This document shows positions 52,480 through 64,000 of a stretch of DNA of 64,000 nt, piece by piece. The stretch comes from Macrostomum lignano. Lineage: Eukaryota. Position 1 is the stretch's first letter. Each line of letters starts with the position of its first letter. The notes under the pieces were generated by a model. It had not been told where the DNA came from. It saw nothing but the letters and a program-made list of their open reading frames with translations, and did no database searches. The position numbers and the translations under genes were made by a program. Where the stretch lies: NCBI GenBank assembly GCA_002269645.1, contig NIVC01003521.1:29156-93155 (forward strand), read 5' to 3'.

Positions 52480-53410
52480 ATTACTGCACTTGATACACCA
52501 AGGGTTACTGCACTTGATAGACCAATGATTACTGCACTTGATAAACCAAGGACTGCTGCACTTGATAAGCCAAGGATTACTGCACTTAATAAACCAAGGG
52601 TTACTGCACTTGATAAGCCAAGGATTACTGCACTTGATAAACCAAGGATTACTGCACTTGATAAACCAAGAATTATTGCACTTGATAAATAAAGGATTAT
52701 TGTGCTTAATAAACCAAGGATTACTGCGCTTGATAAACCAAGGATTACTGCACTAGATTAGAAAGGGCTATTGCACTAACTGAGACAGATTTTTGGACTT
52801 GATGAGTAAAGGATTATTGCACTAGATGAGAAAACGATTACTTCACTAGCTGAGAAGCTGGTTATTGCGCTGTCTAAAAAAGAGATTATTGCGCCAGCTG
52901 AGAAGTGGATTGTTGCACAACCTGAGAAAGCAATTATTGCATTAGCAGAGCACTAGCTACATGCTATCTGGTGGATGCTTGCTATCTGGCGGGATGCTTG
53001 CTATTTGGGGGATGCTTGCTCTTGAGGGGGGTATTTGCTATTTGGAAGAGGGGGGTACTGGCTACATGTATAGGATTCTTTCTATCCAGGGATGCTTGCT
53101 ATTTAGGGATTCTTGCTATCTGCAGGATGCTTGCTATCTGGGTGGATGCTTCAACAATATCTGGGGGATGCTTGTATCTGGGTGGATGCTTCAACAATAT
53201 CTGGGGGATGCTTGCTATCGGGTGGATGCTTCAACAATATCTTGGGGATGCTTGCTATTTGGGTGGATGCTTCAACAATATCTGGGGGATACTTGCTATC
53301 GGGTGGATGCTTCAACAATATCTGGGGGATACTTGCTATTGGGTGGATGCTTCAACAATATCTGGGGGATGCTTGCTATCTGGGTGGATGCTTCAACAAT
53401 ATCTGGGGAA
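52480..53410 (+). repeat. Two abutting minisatellites: 24-bp (ACCAAGGATTACTGCACTTGATAA, ~52480-52950) and ~41-bp (GGGGGATGCTTGCTATCTGGGTGGATGCTTCAACAATATCT, ~52960-53410)
   Basis: Visible directly; the 24-bp array decays toward its right end. Confidence 0.88.
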
Positions 53411-56281
53411 TATTTTCTATTTAGGGGGATTGTCTATTATCTTTGTGAAAGCTATATTTTGTTGTCTGTTTCTTAATTTTGGAAAATAAAGAGTCCGTGA
53501 CAATTTTACATGAATAATGTGATTTTTAAAAGTGAAGAAAGAATTGGATTTTAAGAAAATGTGCTGTTTTAATTGTTTTCCATGAACTATTTTTGCTCCT
53601 TGCTTATTGGGCACCCCGAAGGGGGGCCGCACTAGATTGCTAGTTATAAACTTAAAGGAACAAATGCAAGAGCAAAAGGAGGGGCGGGGGAAAGGAAAGG
53701 AAAAAACTGACATAAATGTGGCCAGGATGGCCATATAAATATTTGCAATGAAAATGCCGATGCATGGTGAAAACAGTGGGACAGAGAATGGGGCAACTGG
53801 CAGGTCAACCGGAGGAAAGAGAGCCCACGTGTAGGGTAAATGCAAGGATTCCCGCAGAAAATAGGTAAAACAAAAATTAAAACACAGGATGGGGCAACGA
53901 GGGGAACAGCCACGGGAACAGGGACAGGACCGGGGAAACAACCAAGGGGCAGGCCACGGACAGGGGACGGAACGGGAAAAGGGTTTCGCAGAAAGTTTAT
54001 GCCAAAATGAACAGTCACAAAACTCCGTGGTAGACTGTACTACCACACTATTCCTACTATCTCTCAGTCCTGGGCATTCTCTGGATCAGAAGGTCATGGC
54101 TTTACGCATTTTCCCTGCCTTGAGGCGATCTTTCCTATCCTAAGGCAGTTTTTCCTGCCCTGAGGCAGTTTATACCCTCTCCAAGGTTACTGCCCTGAGG
54201 CGATTCTCATTTCTTAGCGGTCTTCTAGTAATACTCCCAATTTGGGGCTTTATACTCTAAGAAATAAGTAAGTCAATTTGAACAACTGCTTATTAAATTT
54301 GCTCGAAGTCAAATGACAATTCGAGAAGATGCCTTTCTTGGCCTGCTTCGAGGCTTCTATTTATACTAACTTGTCTATATATTTAAAACAAACTTTAATT
54401 TTGTAGAATATTATTGGCACACACAACATTTAAACAAAGTTATTATTTGGCAGAAATTCAAATACCATATTTTCTAAGAAATAGATTGTTCGCGTACATA
54501 CTACACTGCCTCAAAATTAAAGATGGAATTTTTGGAATTTTTGCTTACATTTCTAGCAAAATGGCACAAGTCTTAGCCTTAGGCCTAAAGATTTATATAT
54601 ATAAGTAGTAGGCTGGGTCATTCCATGAGAGGGTCCCATCATATTTTTGAACTTTAAGTACTTATAACTTCTGAACCATAATAGATAGAAATTCTCTATG
54701 CCTCCCTCTAAGTGAAGCTTCTAAGCTTCTAAGTGAAGTGATGCTTTTTGTAGTTTTTGTAGTTTGTAGTTGCCTCCCTCTAAGTGAAGGTCTAGCTACG
54801 TCTACATTGCAATGTCAATTAGCATTTTTTGCTTGATACGGTTGTTCATTGGCATTGCCACTTTTGCACAATGCCAAACATTTGTTCTTGACTTACGACA
54901 CCTTGAGCTTGTGGAATTCATCTGGTGATAACTTGGAGATGTCCAAGATGTCAAACTCAACATAGCCATTTATGGCAAATTGAAAGCCTATAGCGACATG
55001 CACTACGTTGCATAATACAGCTATTAGAACACCTAGGATATCTATTTGGAGCTCTAGAGGCCACATTGTGATTGGGCCTGACAGAAAAATACAGTTGCAC
55101 TGCACCACTCTGGCAAAGCCATCTGGCTGCAAATGCCTTCGACAATCCAATGGAGCATGCTCCAGCAAGAGCTACTCGTAGAATAACGTCTTAAAATAGA
55201 AAAGGCTACCTTAGACACTGGGCCTGCCTTAGCTTTTGGAACCATGCCAGAGCTCCATCTAGACACCTAGCTCCATAGACAAAAAGGTGATCTAATATGC
55301 TAAGTAACCGCAATAGACTATGTGCCATTAGGAGTCAAAACTTTTTAGGGTGAGCACAACCTCGCATTACGAAATCTACAGTGCACGGTATTTCCAAGAG
55401 GAATTAGTGCCACTGACCAAATAGATGCCAGGGATTGCCTGATGGGATAACCATCTGCTGAAGTCTGTATTCAGAGGTTTTCCATCAGAGACTTCCTCTA
55501 AAAATCCCCATGGCAGTGGATATGAGCGTGTATTCCCTTTTCCGCTTTCCATGCCCACCTGATTAGGGAAAGATCTGGGAGTTGACCTGGAACAAGCTCT
55601 AATCTAGGTGAAATGTGCCAGGAAATCCACCTAGATCAGATTTTCTTCTTCCGAATCAAGCTCCCAGAAATAAATTGTGACCTGGGTCAAATTTTGTTCA
55701 TCTGGTCCTCAACCTGGAATTTTTACTGTTTCCAAGCCCAGATCACTAATTTCTGGGTGAAGTTTCTGAATGACTTTTTTTGACGGGTATTCTGAATTTG
55801 GATCTCACAGAAGAAATCGAGAAGGATAACCAACGGTAAAGATGCAAAAAATTGAAGAAAAAAACACAAGTTTAATACAGCTAAAGAACTGCAAAACGAT
55901 TCGATATGCTGAGCAAAACTTAAAAAACATTATTAAACCATGATGATTGACAGGCAAAGAGGCAAACAAAGTGGCGTTTGGCGAGCAATAGGCGGCAACA
56001 GCGCAAAGAAGCATAATGGGGGGGGGGGTCAGCAAACAAACCCCACAAGCTGCGAGCAATCTTATATTTTTGTTTTGTTTAAAAAAATTGAGTGCAAAAA
56101 GTGGCGAGTGCGCAAATACTTTTGAATTAATTGAGAAAGAAACATTTCTATATGTGTTTTGTATTTTGCCTTCTTGCATGACCTGTTTGCTTCATCTGTT
56201 TAAACTATTAGTGCATTGATGAAGTCTAATTTGCCAGTCACTCCAAGAATCACAAACTTATCCGGTTCAATTTTTCTGCAG

Positions 56282-59200
56282 CCTCCTACTAAAGAAACAG
56301 ACGAATTAAAGCAGCAGACCGGGCCGATGGCAGGTCGGATACCGCTGTCGCCGCCGCCTCAGCCGACGCATTGAATGTAACTAGCCGATGCAGCTCCAGC
56401 GTCACCTCAGCTAAGCCGTTGCTATTGGATACAGGCGCGTTCGGCGCTTTGCTAGCCTGCGGCTTTGACGAAGAGATTCGAATCTACAAACTGTCCGATG
56501 CGAGGCGGGCACAGCGCGGCGGCCAGGAGCCCAACGCTACCGCCTCCGCTGCCGGTTTCTATGGCGCTGGCCGCGCTGGCAACGGCTGGCCGGCGTTCAC
56601 CGGGCCGCCGTGCGCGACATTCAAGCGTCGCCAAACAGCGAAGTGCAGCTAGTCAGCTGCGGCATGGACGGCAGACTGGCTGTGTGGAATTATCCTACTG
56701 GCCAGGCCGTGTCCGTGATTGAGCTGGGCTGCCCTATTCTGCGCGTGCTGCCGCTGCTGTCTGCCGACCTCTCCGATGCTGATAATGACGCTCCCGCTTA
56801 CTATTGCCTGTTGCCTAGCAACCGTCAGGGCAAGCAGGAGTACCGAGTGACGGCACTCAACAGCCAGGCTTTGAAGCAGAACAAGCCCGGGATGAAATTG
56901 ATGGGCCGAGTGCTGCCCGACTGTCTATCGCTTGGCCAGAACGGCCGGTTCCTCGTGTCCGCCAATCGTGGCAATCTGCTAGTTTATCGGCCGTCTCGCC
57001 AACGCGTGTACAGCCATTTCGCCTGCGACGGCGCCCGATGCCGGGTAGTGTCCGTGGCCGCCCATCCGAGCCAACGTTCGGCCGCGGTCGGCCTGTCGAA
57101 CGGTCGAATCTTGATTATGCACGGCCTGTTCACCTCCGGCCGGCCAGTGTCCACTCTGTTGCAGTGGCATTTTCGGCCAGTGTCCGGCCTGACCTACGCG
57201 TCCGACGGTTTGCGCCCTGTACAGCGGCGGGGAGGAGGCCGTCCTGGTGAAATGGGACACCAGCCCGGAGGCCGGCGAAGCGACCGGCAATCGAGCTTTC
57301 CTACCCCGCCTCGGCGCTAGAATTGTTGGCGCCGTCTGCGGACCGACCGGCCAGGCGGCTGCGGCGGCGGTCCTATCGGACAACAGCGTGCTTGTGCTAG
57401 ACTCCAATATGGGATTAGTCGGCGGGCTCAACGGCGCGTGCTAGTCGGCGCAGACGATGACGGAGCTCCTGACGAGCAGCAGCAGCAGCAGCAGCTCGGC
57501 CTGCTGCGCGACCCGCTAACCGAGTGCGTTGCCATGCCAGGCCAAGCTGGCGTAGTTCAATTCTACTCTGTGTCCGAGCAGCGCCACCTCGGCTGTCTGG
57601 ACGTGGCTAAGGCCAATTATACTGCGGTAGAATCGGCTGTGGTTTCCAAGGTAACGCCGGCCAGAGTTGAAGCGGCCGCGTTCTCCGACGCCGGCGCTTG
57701 GTTAGCAACGTTCGACCGGCGGGATGACGGGCGATACCCGCCGGAGCTGCGGCTTCGGCTGTGGCTGCGGCAGTGCCACCGGCCGCTGGTAAATCCGAGG
57801 TCGGGGACGTCGACGGCGAGACCGACGCTCTCTTTGAGCGGCTGGCATTCAGCCAGTGCGGCGAAGAGCGACTCGCTCATTGCATTGTCGGCATGGCGTT
57901 TCAACCGTGCGCAGGCGAGCGCAAGCTCGTTTGCTCGTTAAGCGACGGCAGCCTGGTGTGCTGGACTCGCCAGGAGCGGGTGCGGCATCTGGCCGAGCCT
58001 GGCCGACACACCGACTTCGCCTCGTTCTGGACGGTGCGTGGCATCTCGGGATTGTGGGTCATGGAGTTTCAAAAGTCATGGTTAGTGGGACATGAACCTC
58101 CAATGGTCATAGTTAGTGGGTCATGGACCTTCGATGGTCATAGTTGGTCATGGAGATCTGATAGTCGTAGTTTGTAGATTATGAAATTACGAGTATAATT
58201 GATATTGGCCGTGAAGTTTTTTATAATAGCAGATTGCTAGATCAACAAAACGTTTTTCGAAAGCATTGGGTTATTTTATTAGCTCGTATAGGGTAATGAA
58301 TTTATAATTGTGACTGATAGTGCTATCTACTTGTAATGAGTTGTGGTTATTATGCTATCCTACTTAAATGCTTAAATGCATTCCAGATAACTCGCACCTG
58401 GCGCCTGGGCCACGGTTTCACCGGCGGCCCATTAGCATTTGATCCTACCGGCCGCTACCTGCTCACCTGTCACCAATCGCAGGCCTGCGCAGCCGTTTGG
58501 AGCACCTGCAATCTCGCCAGACCGCCGGCTTTGTTCCGCCTGTTCGATGGCGCCGCACAGACGGCCGGCAGTCAGCTGCTAGCATTCTGCTCGATGTGGG
58601 ACAGCGGCCAATCGGTTGTCGTCTGCGGCCGGGACAGGCTGAGAGTTTGGGACCAGCAGAGTGGTCGCCGGCTAGCCGAGGCTCGCCTGACAGTGACATC
58701 GGCGGCCGAGGATCACAAGTCCGGCATGCTGATTCTGCTGTGCGCCGCTGAACAGGCCCTGCTAATGCTGCACAGCTGCGAGCCTGGCCAGCTCAGCCGG
58801 ATTCGACTCAACTGCCCCTCGGAGCCTGTCAATCTCTGCGTGACCGAGGACACGTTCGTGTTTATGACTCGCGATCGTCGACTGTTTGTATATCCCGAGC
58901 CTGCGGCGGCTGCCGTTGCGGCTTCGGTCGAAAACGAGGCGACAACGGCAGCGGCTGCGACTAAGGCGGAGCTGGAAGCCGAATCGGCCGCGGCGGCCTC
59001 GTTGCTAGGCAGGGTGTTCGGCCGGCGTCAGGCCGGCCTGCTAGGCGGCGCGCAGCTGGCCGATCCGGGCGCCGCTTTGGAGGCTCGCCTGCGCCTGTTC
59101 ACCGAGTCGGACGCGTTCGCGGCGCCCAGTTTGGCGCGATTCATAGCCGGCAATCTGGAGCTGGTGCGGCGCCGCCTGCTGGCTGAGGACGGCCTGACTG

Positions 59201-59851
59201 GGGAGGGAGAGGAGCAGGCGGAACAGTTGGGAGACGGCTTCGTCAGGCGGGCTGGGGGAGGCTTCGGCAAATCGGGGAAGAAGAGCAACGACGATGCCGA
59301 ATCTGAGGAGGACGATGTCGAATTGTCGGCCCCGACGATGAAAAATGGCGATGCGGCCGAGCCGGAACTGTCCGAGGCGGTGTTCGACCGGGTTCTGTGC
59401 CACTGCCTGGCCAAATTCAGCAGTTCTGGCAGCCGTCTGCCCAGCCTGCGTCAGGTGCAACGTCGCCGGCGACAGAATCGGCGCCGACTACGCCGCGCCG
59501 CCGAGAAGATTGCCGTCGCCGCCTGCCGTTTCCAAGCCTGCAGTCCCAGCTGAACCCATCGCCCAGCCAGATGATGCGGACGAACTGAACCAATCGCAGC
59601 AGAATATCGATACGGCCGACACCGAGTCTGATCTGATCGTCGTGTCGGCGACTATGGCCACGCCGCGTGCTGGCGGTAATGGCAGCGAAGACGAGGACGA
59701 TGATGAAGAAGACGACGCGTCTGTCCAGCGTCACAGGCCGGCGAAACGACACGCCAACGGTGAACTGGCCGTGGACCTCGACGAGGAGTCGTCCTGCAGC
59801 GGCCGATCGTCGGTTAACAAGCGGAGCCGGCGTAGAAAAATTGCTGCTTGA
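56282..59851 (+). CDS. WDR75: WDR75/UTP17-like WD40 protein (SSU processome), with multiple frameshifts in this sequence; main exons ~56282-58032 and 58387-59851
   Basis: VAAHPSQRSAAVGLSNGRI, TLLQWHFRPVSGLTY, FLPRLGARI, LSDNSV, WLATFD match WDR75 motifs as recalled (LHWH, FLPRLGATI, HSDNKI). Split over at least six ORF pieces. The 5' end may lie near 55960-56120. Confidence 0.75.
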
Positions 59852-61051
59852 ACGTGAATGAACCTATGACCTTTATTGACCTGGCACGATTTTGCTGTCT
59901 GTTTGTTATTGTCGGCACGTCATACGACATTTCTCTGCGCTAGATTCGCTCACTGATGAATCATTGCGGATTGGACAAAAATTAAATCGGTATGATAATT
60001 GAGCGGGAAAAACAGAAGCAACCGCTCTCGAATCATGCGTACTCTCTTTGGCCCTCAATTTCTGTCGGCATTTAGCATTGGAATAATAAAATCGCTGCTG
60101 CGTTTCAATTGTCTTCTCTGTTTTTATTTTTTAAGGGTTTGACATCTCATAGTTTGTTTTAGGTTAGAGCACAGATGCTAAAATAACTTTATGGGCCACT
60201 CGGGCATATATAATCAGTAAAACAACTTTCTACTTTTCAGTTCAGTAGCGAAGAAGAATACATAAGCTATTTTATAAAACATAGACAGCTGAAACGACTC
60301 TGATAAGTTTAGAAGCCCAAAGCTTGCAGGCGTAATCAGCTTGCTAATTGGTTCAGCAATAATGTACATTAGCCAGTCCACTGAAATGTACATGGCAGCT
60401 TTAGGCTGGAATTCCGAGAACGGCAAAAAATTGGGGTGGGGCGGGGGGTAGTGTGGAAAGGCGCGGTTGGAGGGTTTAAGCTTGTGGTAAGAGCCTTGTC
60501 TTTAATAATACATTAAAATGCTTCTGTTAAACTTATTACTAACAGTAGCTTACACGCAAATGTGCTGAGTGGCCCATCTAGTTATTCTAGTATTTGTGAG
60601 TTAGTGGCAGTTTATAGGTTCACTTGGATTGGAATATTTCGCTTTATAGATTGTTTTTCGCTACATATCGTTAATTCTAGTTACACCAATGAGGTTAATA
60701 ACTGAATGAAGGTATTCCAGATTTGGACAGAATTTTCCTCTTTTCATCTTGTTGAATATTTGAGCTGAGTTTTACGCCGAGGCGTTGATCGAATGTCGAA
60801 TTTTTCATTTTCGCAACCTTAGTTAGCTTTTCTCGCTTCAACTGACTAAGCTGTCAGCCTTAAACAATTAGCTCCCTTCCCTGCCTCAAACAAGAGTTCG
60901 AATTGACAAATGTAGTTTTTTTGTTAATCTACACTGTTTCAGGCGACAGATTTCAATCAATAAGCCGATAATGAGCTACATATACTACTAATATGCACTA
61001 GCCTCGGTTCAATCTAACAAATAAAAAGTAGCACAATCTGAACTGTCAAGA

Positions 61052-62456
61052 ATGAGAGTGCCAGCCGTGCAGCACAGTGGACAGCCAGTTGCTGGTCAGA
61101 GATCGGATGTTCAATGCATATTTTATTGCATATTCCATCACGAGGCTGGGCCAAAATCGAGGTGCAAGAGCCGGCCGATTTCATAGTGAAGGAAAGCTTT
61201 GACAAGGTCAGCCGCTATCTGATTACTAAGACGGATTTTGACAATCGATTCATCTGGTTAGACGCGTTTGGATCCCGGATTATGGGCTGTGCTCAGTGCA
61301 TCGAGGATAAGCGGTATAAACGGAACGCTATGCACTTTAACATCGGCCTGGTTATCAGTATGGACTGTCAGGTTGGAATCTGCACTATTGCTATGCCTTT
61401 TGTCTTTTGGTTTGAAAAGTTCTGTTTGGACCACTGATACTAGAATAACCAGATAATTAAATTTGTGAAAAAATCGGAGCATCTACTTTTTCAGTAGTTT
61501 GTGCGCAGTGTCATTTCAAAATTAAATTTGGCAACTAAAATTTCCTTTCCTTCTTTGGAAGCATATGTGATTAATAAATGAACAACAGACATTTAACTCC
61601 ATGTACACAAGTGAACGCAACACAAACGAAACTCATCCTAAGGGGGCAGGCCCAATCTAGCTCAGCCAATGAGAGAGCAGTAAAAAGAGAGATCAAAGTC
61701 AGACAGACGTAACTCAGCGTGGGGGGCAGGCTTAATCTAGCTCAGCCAATGAGAGAGCAGTAAGGAGAGAGACCAAAGTCAGACAGACGTAACTCAGCGT
61801 GGGGGCAGGCTTAATCTAGCTCAGCCAATGAGAGAGCAGTAAGGAGAGAGACCAAAGTCAGACGCAAGCAGGCAGGATGATTTTTCAACGAGCCAACGGT
61901 TACCCCTACAAATACAAAAAAAGTTAAATTAAGAGACCTCCTACTAACAAAAGTAACAAAAAAATTAAAATTGAATCTCTTGTGCGTGCACAAATGGTTT
62001 CTAATACAAGAGAGGGCTCGGGGATCGGCAACTCCGCTATCTATCCGACCCTCTGGTCCATTGAAACTTCGTGTAATAGCAATCCGTTAGGGTTTATGCC
62101 GATTCTACTGTCAACTCTCCACTCACGACTTCACTCTTATCTACTTTCCTTTCTTGTCTTCCTTCTCATTTCTTCTCTGATCTGGGCCGCATCCTTGTGA
62201 TGGATTCCTTATCTGGCCCGTTTATCGACCCCTGGTCTAGCTGAAGTTGCTACTATTAGCAGTATGTTAAACCCTTTTTGTTCACCCGTAGGTGCCAGTC
62301 AAATACGAGCTGATTGTGAGAAAGCTTGGCCGCTACTTTCACAGCCTGGAGGTTGAGACCGCATTCCTATCCGACCCGGACGCCCAGACCAAACTGCTTC
62401 CTGTACTGACCAGCATTCGAGCCAGTCTTAACGGGCCCGGCTCCTGCAAGCTGCAG
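61052..62456 (+). CDS. NPRL2: NPRL2 (GATOR1 subunit), first two exons 61052-61371 and 62292-62456; one frameshift at ~61150; continues beyond the LINE/window edge
   Basis: QCIFYCIFHHEAGPK / IEVQEPADFIVKESFDKVSRYLITK...IMGCAQCIEDKRYKRNAMHFNIGLV and YELIVRKLGRYFHSLEVETAFLS...KLLPVLTSI match the recalled NPRL2 N-terminus. Confidence 0.85.
61655..61865 (+). repeat. Intronic ~75-80-bp tandem triplication (AATCTAGCTCAGCCAATGAGAGAGCAGTAA...)
   Basis: Three copies in NPRL2 intron 1. Confidence 0.85.
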
Positions 62457-62699
62457 GTGTTGCCAGGCAGATCTTTGGAGCTCTTTCTGAAACCGGCCGC
62501 GCCTTTAGAGGCCGCCGCAATGCCGCAGGATTTTGAGGTTTGTTTATCTGCCTTGCTGATCGATTGCTACTTATTTAAATGCCATATTAATACTGTTTAC
62601 CAACTACTGGTCCCTGTGTGTCACTAATTATCTAGTACTGTTCTCTTAAATGTCAACTACTGTGACGAATTGATTGCACCAATGTCTGCTTCCTGAAGC

Positions 62700-64000
62700 T
62701 GTCACCAGCATCTGACACTATCATCTGTCACCAGCATCTATCACCATCATCTGTCACCAGCATCTATCACCATCATCTGTCACCATCATCTGTCACCAGC
62801 ATCTGTCACCATCATCTGTCACCAGCATCTGTCACCATAACAACAACAACAACAGAGTACGCTGCCAGATCACAAAAGCAGCGTCAGATGGCGCGCTTCA
62901 AAGCTTGGCGCGAACAAAAGCCGCACCGCCGCAGAGTCCGGGGCGCCGGCGTCAGCCAGCAGACAGTCGACGTAGCGCCGAGTCCTCGCCTGTCCCCGCC
63001 GGTAGGGTGCCTGCAACGTAAGTAGCAGCACCTCCTGCACCGGCTCCGGGCAGTAGGCCTCGGCGCGGATGACGTGGCCTGCCAGCTGGAGTCGCCGACG
63101 GCGCAGCAGATCGCTAGGACGGGCCAGGCCGGCGCGATGATAGAGCGCCGTGTTGGTGACTCGCTCGTTGCCGATCTTGAAGGCGGCGCGCAGCAGGCCA
63201 GCGTGCGCCGCGTCGACTTGAGCCTCGAGCGAGTCTGTCAGCGTCCAGTTCTCGCGTTGTATAACAGGACGGTCTCGATCACCGCCTGGAACAGCGCCGC
63301 CTCTGGCGTCCGGTAGGGCCTCGGACTGCAGGACTGACCTTATAGAACGAAAGGCAGCCCAAGCAAGTCCTCGGCGACGCCGCAGATCCTCGCGGACGTC
63401 GGGAACCAGACCGCCGAGGTAGACGAACTGCTGACATCTTGGAAGCTCACTCGCCTGTCCGTCAGCGCCTCGGCAGAAGATTGCAGCCTCGGTGTCGTCC
63501 GCACGCATAGCACGACGGTCTCTGCGTGTTGACCACCAGGCCGACGCTCGCCGCAACGGCAACCAGCCTATCCAGCTGTCGTTGGGCGCCCTCGACGGTC
63601 GAGGACAGCAGGGAGGTCATCGGCGTAGCCAAGCACGCTGAGCCGTCTCTCCGGTTGGCGTCGACCCACGCGTCGCCGCAGCAGGAAGCCGTCGTCGTTG
63701 GAAGGCAGAGCAGTCCGTAGCACCCAGTCAAGCACCAGAATAAATAGGAACGGCGCTAGCGTATCTCCCTGGAGCACCCCGGAGGATGTCTCGAAGAAAT
63801 CCGATAGGCCGTCTGGTGTTGAGACAGCAGCCGTCGTGCCGTGGTACAGCGCCATGACAGCAGAAATCAGCAGCTCTGGCACGTTGTACGCACGGAGCAC
63901 CTCTGGGAGCGCGTCCCTCACGACCGAGTCGAAGCCTTCCTGAAATCGACGAAGATCAGGATCAGGGTCAACTGGCGGATGCGCGCCTCCTCGATGACTC
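62700..64000 (-). mobile_element. RTE-like LINE, 3' part (RT domain and tandem-repeat tail), antisense within an NPRL2 intron
   Basis: GVLQGDTLAPFLFILVLDWVL, LGYADDL, FVYLGG, LAWAAF; frameshifted; 3' tail (GTT)n followed by ATGGTGACAGATG repeats at 62700-62855. Confidence 0.88.

Noticed and set aside
52961-53489. Gly/Cys/Trp-rich ORFs resembling secreted structural proteins
   Set aside because: They are translations of a ~41-bp minisatellite, open in several frames, with no splice or signal support

Overview
Eukaryotic (metazoan) genomic DNA with GT-AG introns, GC-rich exons and AT-rich or minisatellite-filled introns. It is probably a free-living flatworm such as Macrostomum; this is inferred from the flatworm-type EF-hand module and repeat-packed introns. 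Genes from left to right: 3' part of an SGK-family kinase; a divergent PP1-like phosphatase; an apparent in-frame fusion of a two-EF-hand module to ribosomal protein eL6 (RPL6); an intronless divergent histone H2B variant; a phospholipid scramblase; a basigin/neuroplastin-like Ig membrane protein; a cluster of four intronless paralogues encoding signal peptide + short Tyr/Ser-rich variable ectodomain + one TM helix + PPxY-rich tail; frameshifted WDR75/UTP17 and NPRL2. Mobile DNA: two related MITEs with 8-bp TSDs, a solo LTR with a 4-bp TSD, a decayed Gypsy element interrupted by an apparently intact mariner, and RTE-like LINE pieces. The most notable candidates for new biology are the EF-hand-eL6 fusion and the Tyr-rich receptor-like cluster. 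All splice models, domain calls and counts were made by eye from the sequence and ORF track; no database searches were run.
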